DNA from: a virus
Taxonomy: Duplodnaviria; Caudoviricetes
Reading direction: 5' to 3' (one strand)
Virus record (IMG/VR): IMGVR_UViG_3300025401_000648
Length of the DNA stretch: 64,000 nt
A program made the translations under genes and the position numbers. The notes under the pieces are model-generated. The model had not been told where the DNA came from and searched no databases. It saw only the letters and a program-made list of their open reading frames with translations. Of the stretch, positions 16,838-25,249 are shown piece by piece. Positions within the stretch are counted from its first letter, which is position 1; each line of letters starts with the position of its first letter.

Positions 16838-18356
16838 TTTGACACCATTACAAATGGATTATGCTGTATATTTGCCAGCCATTAGTAGTTTTTATGGCAC
16901 ATATATTGCTAAACAGAGATTAGAAGAATTTATTCCTAAGGATCGTATACCCACTGGGTTTGATCGAGGCATTGAAGGAATGAATTTCTTAAATGAAGAA
17001 GATGGGTACTTTACTTACAAATATGGTCTTTATTCAGCAGGTCACGCAACTCTAGACCTAAATAAGACTATGACAAAAGAAAGTATGATTCAACAACGTG
17101 ATAGAAATAAAACTCTAATACTTGGCGATTCAGGCGGATTCCAAATTGGTAAGGGCGTACTTAAATTTGATTGGTTAAATTTTGAAGGTCCTTCAGCTAC
17201 CAAGGTACGTCAAAGTATTTTAGAATGGCTAGAAGTAACTGCTGATTGGAGTATGATGTTGGACGTTCCTACGTGGGCGTGTGATCATAATCATACAGCC
17301 AAGACTGGACTAAAAACATTTGAAGATTGTTTGGATAAAACAAAATACAATAACAAATATTTCCTAGACAACCGCTTAGGTCAGACCAAGTTCCTAAACG
17401 TGCTACAAGGTGGCGACTGGGATCGTGCTGAACAATGGTATAATGGTGTTAAAGAATTTAGCGATCCTAAGATATGGGGCGACAAAGCCGCTGAAGGCTG
17501 GGCCATGGGCGGTGCTAATATGAGCATGATGGATGTTACTCTTAAACGTCTAATGACAATGAGAGACGACGGCATGCTAGTGGGTAAAGACTGGATGCAC
17601 TTTTTGGGTACAGCACAATTAGATTGGGCCTGCTACTTAACTTTGATTCAACGACAAATTAGGAAACATATCAATGAAAACTTCACCATCTCTTTTGATT
17701 GCGCCTCACCGTTTATCGCAACAGCACACGGACTTGTCTACACAAACCCACAGTTCTCGCCAAAACGGTGGAGTACTATTATGGAAAAAGCCACAGACAA
17801 CAAGGCACTCGCAACAAGCAAGACTCCTTTCCCCTGGGAAAGTGAAATTGGAAGCCGCTTGACAATGGGTGATATCTGCTGGTATCAGCCAGGCATGTTA
17901 AACAAGATTGGCAAAGAAGGCAAAACATCATGGGATAGTTTTAGCTATGCTCTTATGATGGCACATAATGTTAACAGTCACATTTCCAGTGTACAACGTG
18001 CTAATCATTTAGTAGATATCGAATGTACAAGATATCAGCCAAATTGGAAGTTATGGGGAATTGAAGGTAAGAAAGAAAAAGAATACAGTGACTGGGTTCC
18101 ACGTAGGATTTTATACTTTAGCCGTTTTATCAAAGAGCTGTTTGAAACAACATCAAAACAAGAAGCATTTGATATGATTGAAGAAGGTATTGGATTTTTA
18201 CGTAGCCTAGAAGGCACACGTAGCCAAGATGGTATGGCACGTAATACATTCTTTAATTTATTTGAAGAAGAAGCTAAAGATGAAAATGATTTAGACTTGT
18301 CTAATCCCGACGATGACGAATTACGTGCTTTAGAAGAAAGTGTTGACAGTGAATAA
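16818..18356 (+). CDS. tRNA-guanine-transglycosylase-fold protein, probably a DpdA-like deazapurine DNA transglycosylase
   Basis: DSGGFQ, MLDVPT, VLQGG, GWAMGG, HFLG, SFDCASP, MAHNV; the three TGT catalytic/binding Asp equivalents are present; QueE and QueD-like genes nearby. Confidence 0.8.
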   Translation: MKKPPVNLTPLQMDYAVYLPAISSFYGTYIAKQRLEEFIPKDRIPTGFDRGIEGMNFLNEEDGYFTYKYGLYSAGHATLDLNKTMTKESMIQQRDRNKTLILGDSGGFQIGKGVLKFDWLNFEGPSATKVRQSILEWLEVTADWSMMLDVPTWACDHNHTAKTGLKTFEDCLDKTKYNNKYFLDNRLGQTKFLNVLQGGDWDRAEQWYNGVKEFSDPKIWGDKAAEGWAMGGANMSMMDVTLKRLMTMRDDGMLVGKDWMHFLGTAQLDWACYLTLIQRQIRKHINENFTISFDCASPFIATAHGLVYTNPQFSPKRWSTIMEKATDNKALATSKTPFPWESEIGSRLTMGDICWYQPGMLNKIGKEGKTSWDSFSYALMMAHNVNSHISSVQRANHLVDIECTRYQPNWKLWGIEGKKEKEYSDWVPRRILYFSRFIKELFETTSKQEAFDMIEEGIGFLRSLEGTRSQDGMARNTFFNLFEEEAKDENDLDLSNPDDDELRALEESVDSE

Positions 18357-18825
18357 ATTTACAGATTTTCCAGAACAACCTAGAGTAATGCGTGACGCAG
18401 AGGGCGAAGCATATTTTAGTATTATGCTGGCCCAAATTGCAGATTTCAATCCTAACGAAATCATTGCTGTGGCACGTAGCGGATTTAGTTATGCTATGTG
18501 GGTAGCGCAAATGCTTAAATTACCATTAGGTGCTTATTGGGCAGAGCGAGGTGAACTGGTCACCGGCAGTGATCCAGAACGTATTGTATTTGTAGATGAC
18601 AATATTGTATCTGGTAGTACATATAAAGATACAAAACTTTTTATGGAACGGTATTATCCCAATACTGAATGGCGTTGGGCTGTATTATTTACTGACTGGC
18701 ATACTCCGAAAGAAATATGCGATGAAGTCATTCAAGGTGTAAAACTTCCTTACTTTGCTGAAGAGCCAATGTGGGGTAGCAAAAAAATTAGTCAAGATTA
18801 TGGCATAAGGTACAGAGATGAATAA
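18340..18825 (+). CDS. Type I phosphoribosyltransferase-like protein
   Basis: IIAVARSG and IVFVDDNIVSGSTY (PRPP-binding loop). Confidence 0.75.
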   Translation: MLTVNKFTDFPEQPRVMRDAEGEAYFSIMLAQIADFNPNEIIAVARSGFSYAMWVAQMLKLPLGAYWAERGELVTGSDPERIVFVDDNIVSGSTYKDTKLFMERYYPNTEWRWAVLFTDWHTPKEICDEVIQGVKLPYFAEEPMWGSKKISQDYGIRYRDE

Positions 18826-19234
18826 TATTAGAATCGCATTTGATATGGACGGGGTATTACTACCCGATTTTCATAAAATTCCTCAGTTAAATGATGATGA
18901 ATTTTTCGAGCATACATTATATGCTAGGCCCATGTTTTCGCCAGTTGGTGTTTTTGATGTGGTCACTGCCCGTACAGAAGATCGTCGGCCAGTTACACTA
19001 GAATGGCTCAAACAGTTATCCACTCCGCCACAAAATTTGTTTATGAAGCCTGTGAATAGTGATGAAACTCCAGCTGAATACAAATATCGTAAGTGTATTG
19101 AAGAAGGTTATAAAATTTTTGTAGAAAGCGAACCCAGTATTGTTTTAGAAATGCGTGAAATGGCATTGATTGATAACACAGACTTAATGGTTATTCATTT
19201 TTCTGGTTTCGTTTCAAGAGGATTTGAATTGTGA
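18818..19234 (+). CDS. Cap-less HAD-superfamily phosphatase
   Basis: IAFDMDGVL (DxD motif I), VVTAR (motif II), YK (motif III). Confidence 0.8.
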   Translation: MNNIRIAFDMDGVLLPDFHKIPQLNDDEFFEHTLYARPMFSPVGVFDVVTARTEDRRPVTLEWLKQLSTPPQNLFMKPVNSDETPAEYKYRKCIEEGYKIFVESEPSIVLEMREMALIDNTDLMVIHFSGFVSRGFEL

Positions 19235-20112
19235 AAAGTCTAATCGTAGGTATGGGGATTGGCAATCTCTACAAAGCAGTATTAACTAATTTAGGACACG
19301 AAGTTGTTACTGTGGATATCAATCCATCAGCAAATGCTGACTATCCCACAATTGGAGACGCTTGCCTTAAGCACAAACATTTTGATACCGCACACATTTG
19401 TACTCCAAATTATCTACATAATATTCATGCTAGGTCTGCGGCCAATTGTGCTAAAATTATATTTGTGGAAAAACCAGGTGTTGCTAATGCCAAAGATTGG
19501 TTGGAGTTAGTCAGCTATTTTCCTAAAACAAGATTCATGATGGTTAAAAATAACCAATGGCGAGATAATATTGAACGTATGCGTGAATTGATGATTGACT
19601 CAGATTCAATATCAATTGATTGGTTAAATCAAGATCGTGTGCCCAATCCTGGAACATGGTTTACCACAAAACACTTGGCATATGGCGGAGTTAGTAGAGA
19701 TTTAATGCCTCACTTGTTGAGCTTGTTTATGGCTTTAGACCCAGAATACATGACATCACGTGAATTAGAAAGATCGATTGACCGTAAATGGAAATTGTGT
19801 GATCTCACAAAGACAGATTATGGCAGAGTTAACGAACATGGCACATATGATGTCGATGACTACTTTAAATTAAATTTCATGTGTAATGATCGAGCTTGGA
19901 GTTTGACCGCAGACTGGCGTACTCTAAAAGAAGATCGTAGAGCTATTACATTTAATTTAAAAGATGGCGGTGCTGAAGTTATTGAATTAGGATTATGTCC
20001 AGAAGAAGCATACCAAGTCATGATCAAAGATGCTATTGATAATTTAGAAAATAATTTATTTTGGAATAACCAATTACTACAGGATTACTGGATTCACAGT
20101 AAGATAGAATGA
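19231..20112 (+). CDS. Gfo/Idh/MocA-family NAD(P) oxidoreductase
   Basis: LIVGMGIG Rossmann motif, ICTPNYLH, FVEKP. Confidence 0.85.
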   Translation: MKSLIVGMGIGNLYKAVLTNLGHEVVTVDINPSANADYPTIGDACLKHKHFDTAHICTPNYLHNIHARSAANCAKIIFVEKPGVANAKDWLELVSYFPKTRFMMVKNNQWRDNIERMRELMIDSDSISIDWLNQDRVPNPGTWFTTKHLAYGGVSRDLMPHLLSLFMALDPEYMTSRELERSIDRKWKLCDLTKTDYGRVNEHGTYDVDDYFKLNFMCNDRAWSLTADWRTLKEDRRAITFNLKDGGAEVIELGLCPEEAYQVMIKDAIDNLENNLFWNNQLLQDYWIHSKIE

Positions 20113-21002
20113 ACGTAAGACTACTACATACTACCGGAAACGGAATATTTGAAGAAACCATTTGGGAAAAGCCTGAACCTTCTGATAACGAAATTGAAGT
20201 ACGTGCTGTTATGACAGGTGTTTGCCGAAGCGACATCGACATGATGATGGGCAATTTTGGGCCACTACCATTACACATGCAGGGGCATGAAGGATTGGGC
20301 ATAGTAACCAAAGTTGGTAGTGATATCACTGATATTGCCATTGGAAATTTTGTTGCTACACGCGGTGAACCCGCTTATGCAGATTTTTATAATGTACGCA
20401 ACACTGAATACACATGGGTTCCTGAACTACACCCTCGCTATATTATTGAGCCAGTAGCCTGCGGTATCAATATTATAGATCAAGCATGGCAACAAATTAG
20501 AGAAAGATCTAATGGAAAAATACTAATCATAGGCAGTGGATTCCTTGCCTGGGTGGCGTTTAATAGATTAAAATCACAACGATCAAATGCCAGTGTTGAT
20601 GTATTAGGATCAAGTAATTTAGAATTATGGGGAGATCAACTGCTGTTAGGAACCAGTGAAAGTTATGATGTGGTCATTGACCTAACTGGAAAATATGCGT
20701 TAGGCTTAGACATTAAACTAAACAACAACGCAATAATTATAGACGGCGTTGGCAAAGCAATTAGTAGAGAGGAAGCACAGCAACAACTTTGGAAAGCCTG
20801 TACTACAATTCGTCCAAGTCCTCGAAATCCAAAATTTCATCAATGTATGAAAGAAGCAGTTTGGATGATTGAAAATTATCATTTAGCTATTGACAATTTC
20901 TGGACTAAAGCGTATAATAGAGATACAGAATGGCAACAAGCGTTTGCGGATGGTAAGGATCGTCCAAACGGTTATAGCCGAGGTTACATTGTATGGGATT
21001 GA
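20109..21002 (+). CDS. Zn-dependent medium-chain dehydrogenase
   Basis: TGVCRSD, GHEGLG, IEPVACG, IIGSG; lacks the four-Cys structural zinc lobe. Confidence 0.85.
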   Translation: MNVRLLHTTGNGIFEETIWEKPEPSDNEIEVRAVMTGVCRSDIDMMMGNFGPLPLHMQGHEGLGIVTKVGSDITDIAIGNFVATRGEPAYADFYNVRNTEYTWVPELHPRYIIEPVACGINIIDQAWQQIRERSNGKILIIGSGFLAWVAFNRLKSQRSNASVDVLGSSNLELWGDQLLLGTSESYDVVIDLTGKYALGLDIKLNNNAIIIDGVGKAISREEAQQQLWKACTTIRPSPRNPKFHQCMKEAVWMIENYHLAIDNFWTKAYNRDTEWQQAFADGKDRPNGYSRGYIVWD

Positions 21003-21532
21003 ATACTGAAGAACGACAAGGAGTCGTTTACTTTACAGGTTATGAAGTAGAACATACTATTTGTCATGGTATGTATACATTGTTTGTTGTAGGCACACCT
21101 CCTGTAGAAGATATCCTACGTATTGCCAACGACTCACAAGCAATGTTAGACGAGTCTAAACGTATCAAACATATCTACTTTGGTACTAGCCAAAGTTTTA
21201 ATCCTCAAGGTATTACATTTCAAGAATACCGGGCATGGGACGATGTCATTCTTCCATGTTTAAAAGCAGACTACTGGGTGACATTAGACTTTGATGTCAA
21301 ACACGCCGAAGGAGTGCTCGAATCTGGATATTCTGAATATCCTAGATTTGTTCCGATGATTAGTGTTAAGCTACCTTACATTAATCAATTTAACTATAAC
21401 GCCACACTTAAACTGGACGACCTCACATGGGGTAAGACTAATCCGGGTGTGTGGACTCATCAACTACATGATCTAATGAGTAAAGACAAATATACTTACT
21501 GGGATCAATATACACAGGACACAGAACTATGA
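20993..21532 (+). CDS. Hypothetical protein; possible QueE-like partial barrel lacking Fe-S cysteines
   Basis: 179 aa; ordered motif resemblance to the 25242 QueE (see findings). Confidence 0.5.
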   Translation: MGLNTEERQGVVYFTGYEVEHTICHGMYTLFVVGTPPVEDILRIANDSQAMLDESKRIKHIYFGTSQSFNPQGITFQEYRAWDDVILPCLKADYWVTLDFDVKHAEGVLESGYSEYPRFVPMISVKLPYINQFNYNATLKLDDLTWGKTNPGVWTHQLHDLMSKDKYTYWDQYTQDTEL

Positions 21533-21894
21533 CAACAAATACATATATCAAAATTCGCACAGAATTTGAAGGTTTTCATTTTTACCCCGACGCAGGTAAA
21601 ATTGATCCACGCATTGAATTTTTAGAACACGAACATCGCCATATGTTCAAGGTCGAAGTTAAAATCTCTGTCACGCATTTGGATCGTGAACTAGAGTTCT
21701 TCCTTGTCAAATGGGCACTACAAGATTTTATCCGAGCAGGCGACCAAAATCATAAGTCCTGCGAAATGATAGCAACAGATATTTTGCAGGACCATTTAAT
21801 TCCTCTTTACGGACCAAATCGATCTTATGAGATCGTAGTATCCGAAGATGGGGAATCAGATGGTATTGTGGAATATACTCCGTCTTTTCATTAA
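21529..21894 (+). CDS. T-fold QueD/PTPS-like protein
   Basis: FEGFH, EHEHRH (HxH metal site), SCEMIA; the canonical QueD Cys is absent. Confidence 0.65.
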   Translation: MTTNTYIKIRTEFEGFHFYPDAGKIDPRIEFLEHEHRHMFKVEVKISVTHLDRELEFFLVKWALQDFIRAGDQNHKSCEMIATDILQDHLIPLYGPNRSYEIVVSEDGESDGIVEYTPSFH

Positions 21895-21920
21895 CTCCTA
21901 TTTTAACAGGAAAATTTAAA

Positions 21921-22184
21921 ATGGCATTGCCAAACTATATTACAAAAACTCTTCAACTGAAGCCCGAAGTCAACAAGATCTTTAATGATCTAGATCGTTG
22001 GTTGGATCACTGTAGGATTAACCTACTGCCCTATAACCCTGCGGACTTGTATCGTAGTCCAGAGTATAGGAAGTTCCAACAGGAGCAAGAGTACTTAGAA
22101 CGTAAAGCACGTCGTGAACGTGAAGGACGTCCAGAGCCAGTTAAACAACGCGAATTCCGCGGCAACTTCAAGCCACGGTATTGA
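21921..22184 (+). CDS. Hypothetical protein
   Basis: 87-aa ORF with SD AGGA. Confidence 0.65.
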   Translation: MALPNYITKTLQLKPEVNKIFNDLDRWLDHCRINLLPYNPADLYRSPEYRKFQQEQEYLERKARREREGRPEPVKQREFRGNFKPRY

Positions 22185-22185
22185 T

Positions 22186-23253
22186 ATGGCAAATATCTTT
22201 CTAATCGATTTAGAAAGTGTAGAAACTAGGTACACGGGGCAATGGAAGTCCCATGTACCTAATATCTTACGAAAGGCAGGACACGATGTTAGAGTTATTT
22301 CCGGACCTGGAGATATTCCTCCAGCAACTACGCCAGGAGCTTTTCTTAACTTTGGTGGCACCAATATATACAAGGCTAATCAAGTTGAACAGATTAGTCG
22401 TTTGTTTTGCTCCGGAGCAGTCAAGCCTGGCGATCATTTTTTGTTCACAGATGCTTGGCATCCCGGAATCATAAATTTAAAATACATGAGTGAACTACTG
22501 GGAATCCCAGTAACTACACACGGCTTATGGCATGCTGGCAGTTATGATCCTCAAGATTTTCTTGGACGTCTTGTAGGAGATAAGCCATGGGTAAGACATG
22601 CTGAGAAAAGTTTTTATGAAGCATTTGATCATAACTACTTTGCCACACAGTTCCATATTGATATGTTCTGTGAAAATTTGTTAGATCGTAAATCTGATAT
22701 CACCATCTATTTTGCCAAAGATAAAATTGTTCGCACAGGTTGGCCCATGGAGTATATGGATGAATTATTGGGCGGAGGAGGCCCGTATGCCAAAGACAAC
22801 CTAATTGTATTCCCGCACCGTATTGCTCCAGAGAAGCAGGTAGAAATTTTTAGAGATTTGGCTAATCATTTACCAGAATATGAATTTGTTGTTTGCCAGG
22901 ATCAATCACTGACTAAGAATGAATACCATACCTTGTTGAAACGTGCTAAGATTGTGTTCAGTGCTAACCTACAGGAAACACTAGGTATCAGTTGCTACGA
23001 AGGTGCTATGGTAGATACTATTCCCATGGTGCCTGATAGATTAAGCTACACAGAAATGTATTATGATACTTTCAAATATCCAAGCAAATGGACTGAAAGT
23101 TTTGAAGCATATCAATCATATCGTCCGCAACTTTGCTATAAATTGGTCAATTACTTAAAAAATTACGAAAAGTTTTTACCACAACTACACAAACAAACTC
23201 AAGACTTAACAGAAAGATTTTTCTCATGTCAAAACTTGCTGACAAAATTTTAA
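22186..23253 (+). CDS. GT-B fold glycosyltransferase (GT4-like)
   Basis: Start moved to ATG 22186; FPHRIAPEK and ETLGISCYEGA donor-binding signatures. Confidence 0.8.
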   Translation: MANIFLIDLESVETRYTGQWKSHVPNILRKAGHDVRVISGPGDIPPATTPGAFLNFGGTNIYKANQVEQISRLFCSGAVKPGDHFLFTDAWHPGIINLKYMSELLGIPVTTHGLWHAGSYDPQDFLGRLVGDKPWVRHAEKSFYEAFDHNYFATQFHIDMFCENLLDRKSDITIYFAKDKIVRTGWPMEYMDELLGGGGPYAKDNLIVFPHRIAPEKQVEIFRDLANHLPEYEFVVCQDQSLTKNEYHTLLKRAKIVFSANLQETLGISCYEGAMVDTIPMVPDRLSYTEMYYDTFKYPSKWTESFEAYQSYRPQLCYKLVNYLKNYEKFLPQLHKQTQDLTERFFSCQNLLTKF

Positions 23254-23705
23254 ATTTGCTCGACCAAATGGGTCGTAAACGTGTTGTACTAGATCGAGAA
23301 GGAAATGAACCTTATCTTATACGCTATTATGTCTTTCTCAAAGACCGAAAGTTATTTCCATTTAATGTGTTTTTACACAAGTTTCTTAAGTCAGACCCCG
23401 ATGATGTGCATGATCATCCTTGGCCTTACGCTACACTAATTTTACGAGGTGGATATTACGAATGGATTCCAAAATTTAATGACAAAAAAGAAATGATTGG
23501 TGAAATTCGTAAATGGAGAGGCCCTGGTCATTTTCGTATATCTCGACCATCAAGCTATCATCGTATTGAATTACAAGAAGGAGTTACTCCTTGGACTCTG
23601 TTTATGCCTGGACCACAACAGCGTGAATGGGGATTTTTAGTTAATAATCAGTGGATACATAATGAACAATATTTGAAGGAAAGAAATGAACAAGCTCATA
23701 CTTAA
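23226..23705 (+). CDS. Cupin-fold protein
   Basis: HDHPW...GGYYE...HRIEL metal-binding cupin pattern. Confidence 0.65.
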   Translation: MSKLADKILNLLDQMGRKRVVLDREGNEPYLIRYYVFLKDRKLFPFNVFLHKFLKSDPDDVHDHPWPYATLILRGGYYEWIPKFNDKKEMIGEIRKWRGPGHFRISRPSSYHRIELQEGVTPWTLFMPGPQQREWGFLVNNQWIHNEQYLKERNEQAHT

Positions 23706-24186
23706 TGATCAGGAGTACAAAGGCCTTGTTGGCAAAATATGTCGGGATATCGCCGTTAGCGGTTGGCGCCCGGATTATATTGTAGGCATCGGTCGTGGTG
23801 GGTTGTTGCCTGCTGTCATGATCAGTCAATATTTTGGTATCAAAATGTGTAGTTTAGATATCAGTCTGCGTGATGGTGGCGATACTGTTAGTAATTTTAG
23901 TATGAGTGAAGATGCGTTTAGCGGCAAAAAAATTCTAATCGTCGACGACATCAACGATACAGGAGCTACAATTAACTGGCTAATGAATGACTGGCGTAGC
24001 TCATGCCAACCCGAGCATCAGGTATGGGACGAAGGTGTGTGGAATGACAATGTTAAATTTGCTGTGGTTGTGGATAACTGGAGTAGCGCATGTCAAGTCA
24101 CTATGGATTTCACAGGGATGGAAGTAAACAAATCAGAACAAGACGTATGGATTGAATTTCCTTACGAGGAATGGTGGACCAAATGA
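23686..24186 (+). CDS. Purine (Gpt/Hpt-like) phosphoribosyltransferase
   Basis: IVGIGRGGLLPA and ILIVDDINDTGAT. Confidence 0.85.
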   Translation: MNKLILNDQEYKGLVGKICRDIAVSGWRPDYIVGIGRGGLLPAVMISQYFGIKMCSLDISLRDGGDTVSNFSMSEDAFSGKKILIVDDINDTGATINWLMNDWRSSCQPEHQVWDEGVWNDNVKFAVVVDNWSSACQVTMDFTGMEVNKSEQDVWIEFPYEEWWTK

Positions 24187-24593
24187 AAAAGACTGTACAG
24201 GATAAAATCTTTGATGGGCCGGATCATATCGATTGGGCTGATACCCCATGGACTGACTTAGAACGTGATGATTTTCATGTGGCTATCTACAGAGACAAAT
24301 ACCCCTGTACACCCGGACATTTATTGTTTGTGCCTAAATACAATACCATAGGAGTACTAAATGATGCGTTTGAAGATGCTGTTAGATACGGCAAAAAAAT
24401 GGTGGAAACCGGAGAATGGGACGGTTACAATATTGGACTTAATATGGGCCAGGCTGCTGGACAAACTATCAACTGGCCTCATGTCCATCTTATACCACGT
24501 AGGCGAGGTGACGTCGACGATCCGACGGGCGGCGTCAGAAATACAATACCAGGCAAAGGCAATTATAAATCGCCGGACTTTAGAGCAGATTAA
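24183..24593 (+). CDS. HIT-family nucleotide hydrolase
   Basis: YPCTPGHLLFVPK, GYNIGLNMGQAAGQTINWPHVHLIPR; ATGA-coupled start 24183. Confidence 0.9.
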   Translation: MKKTVQDKIFDGPDHIDWADTPWTDLERDDFHVAIYRDKYPCTPGHLLFVPKYNTIGVLNDAFEDAVRYGKKMVETGEWDGYNIGLNMGQAAGQTINWPHVHLIPRRRGDVDDPTGGVRNTIPGKGNYKSPDFRAD

Positions 24594-24636
24594 TCCTATT
24601 GAGTATGAATGGAGCTCTAATAACCATACAGGATTT

Positions 24637-25029
24637 ATGGCGCAAACTATTGGACCAGCCTATGGATATTATAATACAGCAGTTGGTAGTCAAGCAGGTC
24701 ATAGTTATCAACCTAATAATGTACAGTTTAATTCCAGTGGGCCTAAGACTGTGTTAACCATTACCGGAGACGGTGATGTTATTTGGACAGGAAAACCCAG
24801 TGAGGCCGCAGACATTCTAGTACGTAGTTTTCAAATGTCTGTAGAAGATGCCAAGGGTGTTACTAAAGCCGCTCGTCGCAGATATTATGCTCTAGCCTGT
24901 CGCAATATTTTGAGCAAAGCAGAAGATATGGAATATGAAGAGTTCCTTGCTTTCCTAAATAGAGAAGTGTATAATAGAGAACGTAAGGTCATTTTAGATT
25001 CATTAAAAGGAGAAGACAATGCTACATGA
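24637..25029 (+). CDS. Hypothetical protein
   Basis: Start moved to ATG 24637 (SD AGGA); the upstream extension overlaps the HIT gene. Confidence 0.6.
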   Translation: MAQTIGPAYGYYNTAVGSQAGHSYQPNNVQFNSSGPKTVLTITGDGDVIWTGKPSEAADILVRSFQMSVEDAKGVTKAARRRYYALACRNILSKAEDMEYEEFLAFLNREVYNRERKVILDSLKGEDNAT

Positions 25030-25249
25030 TTCAATTAAAAATACATATAAAGAAATGGTCATTAAAGAAGATTCAGGATTTCGACTGGTGTTGAAGAAAC
25101 ATGAAGTGTTGAGTCCTAAAGGTCTTTTTAGTGTTAATTTAGAACAACAAAATTTACGAGATGGTGAAATCTCAGATGTTTCAACATATAACTTCTTTAT
25201 GACCAAAGAAGAAATTCAAGCACTAGCACATGGATTAACACATGAGTAA
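25019..25249 (+). CDS. Hypothetical protein
   Basis: 76-aa ORF with SD AAGGAG. Confidence 0.65.
   Translation: MLHDSIKNTYKEMVIKEDSGFRLVLKKHEVLSPKGLFSVNLEQQNLRDGEISDVSTYNFFMTKEEIQALAHGLTHE

Noticed and set aside
18343-18371. TTGACA as a promoter inside the TGT/PRTase junction
   Set aside because: No -10 element at 16-18 nt spacing
24361-24636. N-terminal extension of the 24361 ORF (likewise 12974, 22114, 9960, 26356, 11176)
   Set aside because: These extensions overlap upstream genes or lack an SD; downstream ATGs have SDs or stop-start coupling
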